A stretch of DNA of 34,380 nt from a virus (Duplodnaviria > Caudoviricetes): positions 1 to 34,380 of IMG/VR virus record IMGVR_UViG_3300030099_003935; one strand, 5' to 3'. The notes under the pieces were generated by a model, which was given only the letters and a program-made list of their open reading frames with translations, had not been told where the DNA came from and searched no databases. Position 1 is the stretch's first letter. The number at the start of each line of letters is the position of its first letter. Below are positions 26,235-32,634 of this stretch, piece by piece. The position numbers were made by a program, and so were the translations under genes.

Positions 26235-26621
26235 ATGTCTTTAAAAAGGCGTGTCGCATTGCACACGGTCATACCCACAGCAAACGAAATGATAAACATA
26301 GAGCGCAGAAACAAATACCTCGCGGCGAAACTGAAAGCGACCACGGAGCGCGATTTGATACGAGAGTTAATCGCTTCATTAACTACTAAACACGAGGTGA
26401 CGCAATACCCCATACATATGACATACACGTGGCATCGCAAAAACAAACGGACCGATCCCAGCAACGTAGCGTGGGGTACGAAGTACGTAGAAGACGCGCT
26501 GCAACGGGCGGGCGTGCTGCGCAACGACGGGCCACGCGAGATTGCTTCAATCACTCACCAATACGTCTACGGCGCAGACGAAAACTACGTTGAGGTCGAA
26601 TGGTGCAGCGAGCCCACGTAG
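26235..26621 (+). CDS. rusA: RusA-like Holliday junction resolvase
   Basis: IPTANE, RTDPSN...KYVEDAL...GVLRNDG, VEV. Confidence 0.85.
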   Translation: MSLKRRVALHTVIPTANEMINIERRNKYLAAKLKATTERDLIRELIASLTTKHEVTQYPIHMTYTWHRKNKRTDPSNVAWGTKYVEDALQRAGVLRNDGPREIASITHQYVYGADENYVEVEWCSEPT

Positions 26622-26809
26622 TCTCCCGTAGCGGGAAGAAGCCTCGCACTGTTTATATGCGACAACGCCCGGATGGTCAAGTCGAGTGGCAATGCGATTG
26701 CCCGGGATTTGCCTACAAAAACAAATGTCGCCACATCAAAATCGTTGCCGACGCCACGCGCGCCGGGCTACTAACAATGGAGCAGATAGATGATCACCTG
26801 TACGACTAA
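26600..26809 (+). CDS. SWIM zinc-finger protein
   Basis: WQCDCPGFAYKNKCRHI (CxCx8CxH). Confidence 0.8.
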   Translation: MVQRAHVVSRSGKKPRTVYMRQRPDGQVEWQCDCPGFAYKNKCRHIKIVADATRAGLLTMEQIDDHLYD

Positions 26810-27413
26810 AAAGGAATTACGCAATGAACTCGACAAACTCAGCGTCCCAAACGTCCTCAAAGACATGGTCTACGATAACGTCGTCCTCGGACGCACATAC
26901 ACCCCCGGACGGGGAAAACGCAACCAGTGCGTCCACAGCGAGCACATCCCGGGACATGGAGACTTCCAGATCGCTGGACAGCTCTATAGCGAAATGTCAG
27001 CCGCTGCGCTGGAGCGGAGCCGATCTGTCGAGTTACGAAACACTATTAGCCGAACTGCACAGCGAAATATCGCGCGAAACAAAAAAAAATACGGAGTGGC
27101 AGTCAGCGACGCTACCCACTGCGCACTTCGCATTGCAGAAACTTTTGACGGGGAGCTTGCCTCTTTCGGACGAGCAATGGCTGCAGAGTTGGTCGCTGTG
27201 TATGCATCTGTGCAAAGAGATGCTGTTATCGCTGCAGAGAGAGCGCGCAGAGAAAGAGAGCCGGGAGACGTATCAGGCGACCCAAATAGAGTATCTGGAA
27301 ATAGAGGGGCCAGCACCCCACTCCATAGCGCCAGCCTTGCTGAAGAGTTTGACAGCGGCGCGGTTCGCTTATACCGCAAAGAGCAAAAAATGGCGCGCCG
27401 TGAGGACTCCTGA
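26790..27413 (+). CDS. Hypothetical protein (207 aa), frame A of an overlapping pair
   Basis: GGAG RBS; protein-like N-terminal two-thirds. Confidence 0.6.
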   Translation: MITCTTKKELRNELDKLSVPNVLKDMVYDNVVLGRTYTPGRGKRNQCVHSEHIPGHGDFQIAGQLYSEMSAAALERSRSVELRNTISRTAQRNIARNKKKYGVAVSDATHCALRIAETFDGELASFGRAMAAELVAVYASVQRDAVIAAERARREREPGDVSGDPNRVSGNRGASTPLHSASLAEEFDSGAVRLYRKEQKMARREDS

Positions 27414-27462
27414 GACAGAAGCTATTGCAAGGGAAATGGCAATACAGCAGAAACTACTATGA
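26824..27462 (+). CDS. Hypothetical protein (212 aa), frame B of an overlapping pair
   Basis: AAGGA RBS; its stop overlaps the sigma start (ATGA); protein-like C-terminal half. Confidence 0.5.
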   Translation: MNSTNSASQTSSKTWSTITSSSDAHTPPDGENATSASTASTSRDMETSRSLDSSIAKCQPLRWSGADLSSYETLLAELHSEISRETKKNTEWQSATLPTAHFALQKLLTGSLPLSDEQWLQSWSLCMHLCKEMLLSLQRERAEKESRETYQATQIEYLEIEGPAPHSIAPALLKSLTAARFAYTAKSKKWRAVRTPETEAIAREMAIQQKLL

Positions 27463-28580
27463 TACAAACAGAATACTCTCTGCAAGTATCGTCCCAACTT
27501 AGCCGCGATGAAGAGCACAAGTGCTTGTGCCGCGCTCTTTATTATAACGACGACAAAGCGCGCGAATTATTAGTTACAAGCAATTACGCTTATGCTGTTT
27601 TTCGCACAACAAAAATTTGCCCCGGAGCCTCCCAAAGTATTCGGGATTCTTTAATCAGCAATGCACTTATTGGACTCGTCGAGGGCATCAATCGGTTTGA
27701 CTTGAACCTCTTACCTGAAGTAAGGCTGCGGTCCTATGCCACGCACTGGATTGACCGCTACGTCCTTGACGGCCTTACCGAGCTGTCCTCGGGCAGCCTG
27801 CCGCGCTTGCCAACTAATGTGCGTCGGTTGTTAAAAATATATGATGACAAACGCTGTGCAGTTCAGCAGGCTACAAACGGGAGTGTAAGGTCAGTTGACC
27901 TTTTTGCAGACCCTGAGATGAGCAGCTATGCTGATGTGCTCCCGCTATATATAGACCCTGTTTCAATTTCATTTGATGCGCCTTCCTCAGATTCCACGTC
28001 AACGGGGTTTTTGCATGAATTTATTCCCGGTGACAACCCCGACGTAAACAACCTGCTGAATAATTTAGACCGCTCTACTGCTGTGCTGTCCATAAAAAAC
28101 CGGCTCGCTTTTTTACGACCTTCAGTCAAGTCGATAGTGTTGCTGTCTTTTGGCTTTGACGGCGAACCGGTAACCCTACAATCCATCGCAAACGATTTGA
28201 ACGTATCGCGTGAGTACGTGCGTCAATTACGCGCAAAAGCTCTTCGATATTTAGGAAAAATGACAATGCATAAAAGACAAAACTCCAGCGGCGTAAACGA
28301 AAATATAGATCCATACAAAGCACTTTCTGCTGCTGTTATGAAGACAGCATATCAAGACATGTTAAAAGCAAAAAAGAAAATTAATAAATGTGCGATAACT
28401 AAAAAGCCTCTCAACGTGCGTGAAGAAAACGACTATGCAATAGCAAAAGAGGTCTACGCAGAGTGCCGTAAGTTTTTGCTGTCCCTCAGTAGCCCCTACC
28501 ACATAATGCTGGATCTTGAACCAGAGATGTATAAAAATATAGTAGACAGAGCCGACCACGATGCTCGACTGCACAACTGA
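27459..28580 (+). CDS. Sigma-70 family RNA polymerase sigma factor with ~105-aa C-terminal extension
   Basis: Region 1.2 LSRDEE, region 2 ARELLVTSN...GLVEGINRFD...SYATHWI, region 3 ISFD, region 4 TLQSIANDLNVSREYVRQLRAKAL. Confidence 0.88.
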   Translation: MIQTEYSLQVSSQLSRDEEHKCLCRALYYNDDKARELLVTSNYAYAVFRTTKICPGASQSIRDSLISNALIGLVEGINRFDLNLLPEVRLRSYATHWIDRYVLDGLTELSSGSLPRLPTNVRRLLKIYDDKRCAVQQATNGSVRSVDLFADPEMSSYADVLPLYIDPVSISFDAPSSDSTSTGFLHEFIPGDNPDVNNLLNNLDRSTAVLSIKNRLAFLRPSVKSIVLLSFGFDGEPVTLQSIANDLNVSREYVRQLRAKALRYLGKMTMHKRQNSSGVNENIDPYKALSAAVMKTAYQDMLKAKKKINKCAITKKPLNVREENDYAIAKEVYAECRKFLLSLSSPYHIMLDLEPEMYKNIVDRADHDARLHN

Positions 28581-29022
28581 AAAAGGTCAGCAGTTTCTGG
28601 CACACGAGGACGAAACAGCCCGGCGCGTAGGAATCAGGTTGCGTTGTCAGCCTGTTAAGCTGGGCGGGCTGGCGACAACGGTCGACCGTGCTTTTGTCCG
28701 GGATGGAAAACTCGTTGGACTTGCAGAGATCAAAACGCGCGACATGAGCGTGCAGGAGTTGCGTGGGTTTGGTTCGTATCTTGTAACGGCTAAAAAATTG
28801 CAAGATGGCATGGATCTGGCGCGTGCGCTCGGCGTCCCTTACGTGCTCTTTGTGCGCTTATTGCACGATGACGCCATTGTGCATTTTACAATATCCGACG
28901 CTACTGGCCGGCAGCTCATCACATGGAAGACAAACAGCACAGTAACGCAGGCCGGCTGCAACGGCGGCACTGCGTTTAGAAAAAACGCATATATTCCATT
29001 AAAATACATGAAATACCTGTAA
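28561..29022 (+). CDS. PD-(D/E)XK-fold nuclease
   Basis: VDRAF...AEIKTR catalytic-like pattern. Confidence 0.7.
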   Translation: MLDCTTEKGQQFLAHEDETARRVGIRLRCQPVKLGGLATTVDRAFVRDGKLVGLAEIKTRDMSVQELRGFGSYLVTAKKLQDGMDLARALGVPYVLFVRLLHDDAIVHFTISDATGRQLITWKTNSTVTQAGCNGGTAFRKNAYIPLKYMKYL

Positions 29023-29039
29023 AAACCCCTCGGGCACTA

Positions 29040-29085
29040 TTGACAATATAGGATTTATATACTATATTAGTAATAGTTAATTGAT
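29040..29085 (+). promoter_or_regulatory. Early promoter 2 with TAATTGAT box
   Basis: TTGACA-17-TATATT...GTTAATTGAT, then an AGGAG RBS. Confidence 0.85.
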
Positions 29086-29111
29086 GGCACACTTAAACCG
29101 AGGAGAGAGAA

Positions 29112-29516
29112 ATGAAAGCGACGCGGATGCAGGCTCACATCGAAAGAATAGCAAATGATAACGGCATAAAAATAATCCCCTCAAAGAGTAATCGCGGCTG
29201 GGCCTGTAAGGAAGAAAATTATATTGAGATCCCAGCGGTTAAATCTCCAACAACATACGCATTAGCCTTGCATGAGTTAGGACATTGTCTCGGCAAACGT
29301 CAAAGTGAGACGCGATTGAAGTCGGAGATTGGCGCATGGGAATGGGCGCTTGAAAATGCCTTCTTTTGGAAACCCTCAATGACGAAAAAAATGCGTCGTG
29401 GGTTAGAAAGTTATGTCAGAAAATACACCCGCGTAAAATACGCCAACGACCCCACACCGGCAGAGATTCGATTAATCGAGGAACTTTGCACTATTAATTC
29501 ATTCATCCGAAAATAA
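29112..29516 (+). CDS. Zincin-like (HExxH) metallopeptidase, ImmA/IrrE-like
   Basis: ALHELGH...SEIGAWEWA. Confidence 0.7.
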   Translation: MKATRMQAHIERIANDNGIKIIPSKSNRGWACKEENYIEIPAVKSPTTYALALHELGHCLGKRQSETRLKSEIGAWEWALENAFFWKPSMTKKMRRGLESYVRKYTRVKYANDPTPAEIRLIEELCTINSFIRK

Positions 29517-29529
29517 AAGCATCCTGCTA

Positions 29530-29575
29530 TTGACTAAATAGCATTTGTATACTATATTCCTATTAGTTAATTGAT
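29530..29575 (+). promoter_or_regulatory. Early promoter 3 with TAATTGAT box
   Basis: TTGACT-17-TATATT...GTTAATTGAT; a near copy of promoter 2, 490 nt downstream. Confidence 0.85.
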
Positions 29576-29602
29576 ACGTCACTCACCAAAAGGAGATGCA
29601 CA

Positions 29603-29866
29603 ATGGAAATCGAATACAAAGAAAAAGAGCAAGATTGGGCAAACGAGACAACGCGCTACTGGTTCGTAGTAGACAGCGAGGAGTATTGTCTCGCTGACCA
29701 AAACGGTGATTTGACATTACTCGACTCTGATGGGAAAGAATTGCGTTTGGATTGTCGTGCTACAATTAATCGTAAAATAATTAGGGCATTAGTCGCACAT
29801 CTTAATAAAATGATGAGAAAGATTAACCCGAATATAAAACCAATAGAATCGTGGCCGTCCCACTAA
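29603..29866 (+). CDS. Hypothetical early protein (87 aa)
   Basis: AAGGAG RBS; own promoter. Confidence 0.8.
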   Translation: MEIEYKEKEQDWANETTRYWFVVDSEEYCLADQNGDLTLLDSDGKELRLDCRATINRKIIRALVAHLNKMMRKINPNIKPIESWPSH

Positions 29867-29869
29867 ATC

Positions 29870-29927
29870 GTCGAAACGCCTTCGGGCGTCTGCCGGCATG
29901 ACCACCCGGCACTGATGAGACAGGTCA
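29870..29927 (+). ncRNA. Hammerhead ribozyme, type II, with pseudoknot
   Basis: GUC(II)-GAAA-CGCC-UUCG-GGCG(III)-UC^-UGCCGG-loop-CCGGCA(I)-CUGAUGA-GAC(II'); loop I UGACC (29899-903) pairs with 3' GGUCA (29923-27); predicted cleavage after C29890. Confidence 0.93.
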
Positions 29928-29951
29928 CTCACACTCACTCGCCGAGGAAAC

Positions 29952-30122
29952 ATGCAGATACATATCAAGTTAGAGGCAAACACGATTGAGGATGTCCTGC
30001 AACAGAAAGAGGACTACCTGAGCGAATACCACCCGTCCGGTTACAGCACGTCTATTGGCAAGCCCGTCGAAGAGGACGGCAAGTGGATCTGCCGTGGCTA
30101 CCGCTTTTCATCCTGCGATTAA
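29952..30122 (+). CDS. Small hypothetical protein (56 aa; absent from the ORF track)
   Basis: GAGGA RBS; MQIHIKLEANTIEDVLQQKEDYLSEYHPSGYSTSIGKPVEEDGKWICRGYRFSSCD. Confidence 0.8.
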   Translation: MQIHIKLEANTIEDVLQQKEDYLSEYHPSGYSTSIGKPVEEDGKWICRGYRFSSCD

Positions 30123-30132
30123 AGGAGATTGT

Positions 30133-30588
30133 ATGAGCATCATAAACGTCTTATCCTACCCCCTTACCCATTTGGGCGACCAGTCCGACAAGCCGCTGCG
30201 GGCAGCATGGGAACAATGCGCGAGCGAAATTTACTACGTCTGTGACGTAGACCAAACCACGCTACTGCGGCTTAGTGAAACAATATCTGTAGACCTGCAA
30301 ACGAACTGGGTTTGCGTTGACCATGACTTTTTCGGTGAAAAAACAAACAGCGACGCCGTTGATAATTTGCCCGCAATACGCCACTTGTTCCAAAACCTGT
30401 GGCTATACCATGAGCGTCGACCCCATGCTATTACTGGCGACAGGCTCGGCGACTACAGTCTGTTTAACGATCAACTCCTAAATGGCATGACGCTGCTTTG
30501 CGACAACGACCTTACTGCGCATAGTCCAGTAAGCCGTGCTAATTTTTTGCAACGCAATTTTCTCGACAGTTATCACAAAGTGGATTAG
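30133..30588 (+). CDS. Hypothetical protein (start revised to 30133)
   Basis: AAGGAG RBS before the ATG at 30133. Confidence 0.7.
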   Translation: MSIINVLSYPLTHLGDQSDKPLRAAWEQCASEIYYVCDVDQTTLLRLSETISVDLQTNWVCVDHDFFGEKTNSDAVDNLPAIRHLFQNLWLYHERRPHAITGDRLGDYSLFNDQLLNGMTLLCDNDLTAHSPVSRANFLQRNFLDSYHKVD

Positions 30589-30605
30589 TAGAGGGAGCCC
30601 GCATA

Positions 30606-30809
30606 ATGACTAATCAGAAAGTAATCGAATCCCCCCTATTCAACTCTCTCGACGCTGCTCATTATTTAGACATGAATGAAGGCACGTTAAAAAACTGGCG
30701 CGTGCAAGGCATCGGACCTACCTACGTGCGCGTCGGTCGTAATATTCGCTACTTAAAAACGGATCTCGACATGTGGCTGCACAGTCAGCGTGTCGTAATT
30801 CCACAATAA
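30606..30809 (+). CDS. Excisionase/AlpA-like (MerR-type winged HTH) DNA-binding protein
   Basis: AAHYLDMNEGTLKNWRVQGIGPTYVRVGRNIRYLKTDLDMWL. Confidence 0.88.
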   Translation: MTNQKVIESPLFNSLDAAHYLDMNEGTLKNWRVQGIGPTYVRVGRNIRYLKTDLDMWLHSQRVVIPQ

Positions 30810-30816
30810 AAACACG

Positions 30817-30858
30817 GGTATAAGGAATACATAGCATCGTATTCCTTATACCTTTTTT
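30817..30858 (+). terminator. Intrinsic terminator at the early/late convergence, possibly bidirectional
   Basis: Perfect 14-bp stem GGTATAAGGAATAC / GTATTCCTTATACC followed by T6; an A-run lies just upstream. Confidence 0.88.
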
Positions 30859-30931
30859 GGAAGCGGGGCCGGGAATCGAACCCGGAGCTGTTGGGAATGA
30901 ACCAACGGTGTTACCATTACACTACCCCGCG
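30858..30931 (-). tRNA. tRNA with CAT anticodon (Met, initiator-like), encoded CCA
   Basis: CGCGGGG-TA-GTGT-AATGGTA-ACAC-C-GTTGG-TTCATTC-CCAAC-AGCT-CCGGG-TTCGATT-CCCGG-CCCCGCT-T-CCA. Confidence 0.9.
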
Positions 30932-30936
30932 CCTTT

Positions 30937-31146
30937 TTAAGCTGCTGCTACGGTTTCTTCTTCTTCTATGGCAGCCGGCCCGTTTAAAGCAAACTCAACA
31001 CCCTTGATCGCTCCTGCAAGCTCGCGCAGCATAGGGTCGTTACTTACGACCAATGCCATGCGCTCGTCGCGCTGCTTCTCTAAATCTGCTTTGATTGCTT
31101 CTAACTGCTCTGTCGTTGCTCCTGCTATTGTTCCATTCTGTGACAT
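30937..31146 (-). CDS. Small coiled-coil hypothetical protein (start revised to 31146)
   Basis: GAGGG RBS before MSQNG; the ORF-track N-terminal extension overlaps the upstream gene. Confidence 0.65.
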   Translation of the reverse strand: MSQNGTIAGATTEQLEAIKADLEKQRDERMALVVSNDPMLRELAGAIKGVEFALNGPAAIEEEETVAAA

Positions 31147-31171
31147 ATTCCCTCTGTCTATGTTTTGTTTA

Positions 31172-31465
31172 CTACCATTTGGTCCGGTGCGACCAATACT
31201 TTGCCGAGAATTTATCTGGCTTCTTCGGGCTTTGCGCGTTGTGGCGCGCGTAGTAGCTGCGCCGGCGCGCTTTGTCTTTTTCACTTTTCGGATTTTTACC
31301 TGCTCCTTTTACTCCCTGTTGCCCAAACCGCACCAACTTTGTAGACCCGTCAGCTTTACGTGCAACCACGGCGTGCGACTTCGTTTTATGGCCTCTCGTG
31401 CGGACAGGCTTGTTGTATGCAGAAGCTCCAATGCGTGCTAATTTTGGGTCTTTCTTTGCCGGCAT
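31172..31465 (-). CDS. Basic protein, DUF5754-like from recall
   Basis: KLVRFGQQG...RRRSYYARH...SAKYWS...W motif. Confidence 0.75.
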   Translation of the reverse strand: MPAKKDPKLARIGASAYNKPVRTRGHKTKSHAVVARKADGSTKLVRFGQQGVKGAGKNPKSEKDKARRRSYYARHNAQSPKKPDKFSAKYWSHRTKW

Positions 31466-31584
31466 TATCGCCCACGCATTTTGGCTTTGGCTTTTGGTTT
31501 TGCCTTGCGCTTCTTTTTTGCTTTTGCTGCTGCTTTCATACCAGCGGATGTGTATGGGTATTTCTTTCCACCTACGTTCGGCAT
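31465..31584 (-). CDS. Tiny lysine-rich protein (39 aa; absent from the ORF track)
   Basis: AGGAG RBS; MPNVGGKKYPYTSAGMKAAAKAKKKRKAKPKAKAKMRGR; TAATG overlap with the next gene. Confidence 0.8.
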   Translation of the reverse strand: MPNVGGKKYPYTSAGMKAAAKAKKKRKAKPKAKAKMRGR

Positions 31585-31593
31585 AGTTTTCTC

Positions 31594-31839
31594 CTATCCT
31601 CGATGTGTTAAGTTTTGCAATAACCCTTCTGTGCGGGCTTGCCCTCTTGCTAACTCGTGTAGCAACTCGTTCGTTTGATCTAATTTTTTTGCCACTTCAC
31701 GCATTTCTGAAACCGCTTCGTCGCTTGATCCATTTCCGTTTTTTAATTTGTTCATTATCATGTAAGCTAATATCGCGCCCGTGCCTGCGCTACCCCCACC
31801 CGTCAGCAACATTGCTATTGGATCGCTTGTCCCTTCCAT
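31594..31839 (-). CDS. Single-TM + coiled-coil protein, putative holin
   Basis: Hydrophobic N-terminal segment followed by a coiled coil; located after the fibre genes. Confidence 0.5.
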   Translation of the reverse strand: MEGTSDPIAMLLTGGGSAGTGAILAYMIMNKLKNGNGSSDEAVSEMREVAKKLDQTNELLHELARGQARTEGLLQNLTHRG

Positions 31840-31856
31840 TCATGTTGTCCTCTTTT

Positions 31857-32273
31857 TTATTTCCCGTGAAATGCTTTATGAAAAGACGCGAATGTCATCG
31901 TCGTAAACCAACATATTGCTCCGTATAAAGCCTCGTGTTCCCACCATGCCCGCCACGCTCCACCGCCCGGCCAGTGACCGGAGATGCGGAACGCCTCGTA
32001 AACCATTGTCACCAGCACAGTTGCGCCACCAGACCAATAGCCGCATTTAGATGCTTCTTCTTGCGCCTTTTCTTTAGCGGTCATTGTAAGCAGGTCTTTG
32101 TTTAGCCGCTTAACCTGCCGTCTGCTCTCTAAAACCTCTTTTCTGTTTTCGCTACTGGCGGCTCTCTGGTTACGCGCAGACTCTCGCAACGAAGCAACCT
32201 CTTTGATCGCCTTTTCATAGCACTCTTTCATCTCACCAGTGCTACGAATTTTGTTGTACGGAGGGTAATTCAC
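31857..32273 (-). CDS. Coiled-coil protein with two C-terminal hydrophobic segments (putative membrane/lysis protein)
   Basis: GGATVLVTMVY and ALYGAICWFTTMTF segments. Confidence 0.5.
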   Translation of the reverse strand: MNYPPYNKIRSTGEMKECYEKAIKEVASLRESARNQRAASSENRKEVLESRRQVKRLNKDLLTMTAKEKAQEEASKCGYWSGGATVLVTMVYEAFRISGHWPGGGAWRAWWEHEALYGAICWFTTMTFASFHKAFHGK

Positions 32274-32280
32274 TTGCTAC

Positions 32281-32622
32281 TTAGCCCCACGGAGCGGCTT
32301 GTTCTTTACTGGCTGTAGCTCTTGCCGCTAACTGCGCTTCCAGACCGCTCTTTTGCTCCTCGCCCCATGCCTCAAGCTGTGTTTTTGCGCGTGTAGGTAA
32401 TCCTGTCAGATCGTCGAATGCCACAAAATCACCTGCCGTCAGTTCGCTTAGATCAATTGTCACCCACGGATCAGTGGAAGCCACTTCTCCTGCTTCGTTT
32501 GTGCATTTGGCTATGCAAACCACGGCCTCAACGACATTTTCTTGAGTGCTGTCATCGCCAATTTTTAAAGAAGGTGCGACTCGTATGCGGTCTGTGATAG
32601 TTAGTTCATGCGTGTAGGCCAT
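32281..32622 (-). CDS. Small protein following the tail fibre (putative fibre-associated/assembly protein)
   Basis: AAGGAG RBS; DFVAFDDLT and C-terminal PW motifs resemble post-fibre genes of aquatic phages. Confidence 0.6.
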   Translation of the reverse strand: MAYTHELTITDRIRVAPSLKIGDDSTQENVVEAVVCIAKCTNEAGEVASTDPWVTIDLSELTAGDFVAFDDLTGLPTRAKTQLEAWGEEQKSGLEAQLAARATASKEQAAPWG

Positions 32623-32634
32623 TAGTTATTCTCC

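Noticed and set aside
25836-26389. ORFs 26066-26389(+), 25836-26150(-) and 25883-26125(-) as genes in the ssb-rusA gap
   Set aside because: Weak starts, antisense orientation or large overlap with rusA, and no motifs; the base-pairing pattern explains the region better, though coding cannot be fully excluded.
30895-30901. Reading the tRNA as a TCA (opal suppressor/Sec) anticodon and a recoded genome
   Set aside because: The 7-nt loop centres CAT at 34-36. Genes are intact in code 11, and TAA, TAG and TGA all terminate genes (e.g. 13050, 1597, 19301).
30606-30931. tRNA + excisionase-like HTH as a prophage att junction
   Set aside because: No integrase, no duplicated tRNA 3' end and no host genes; phage genes continue on both sides.
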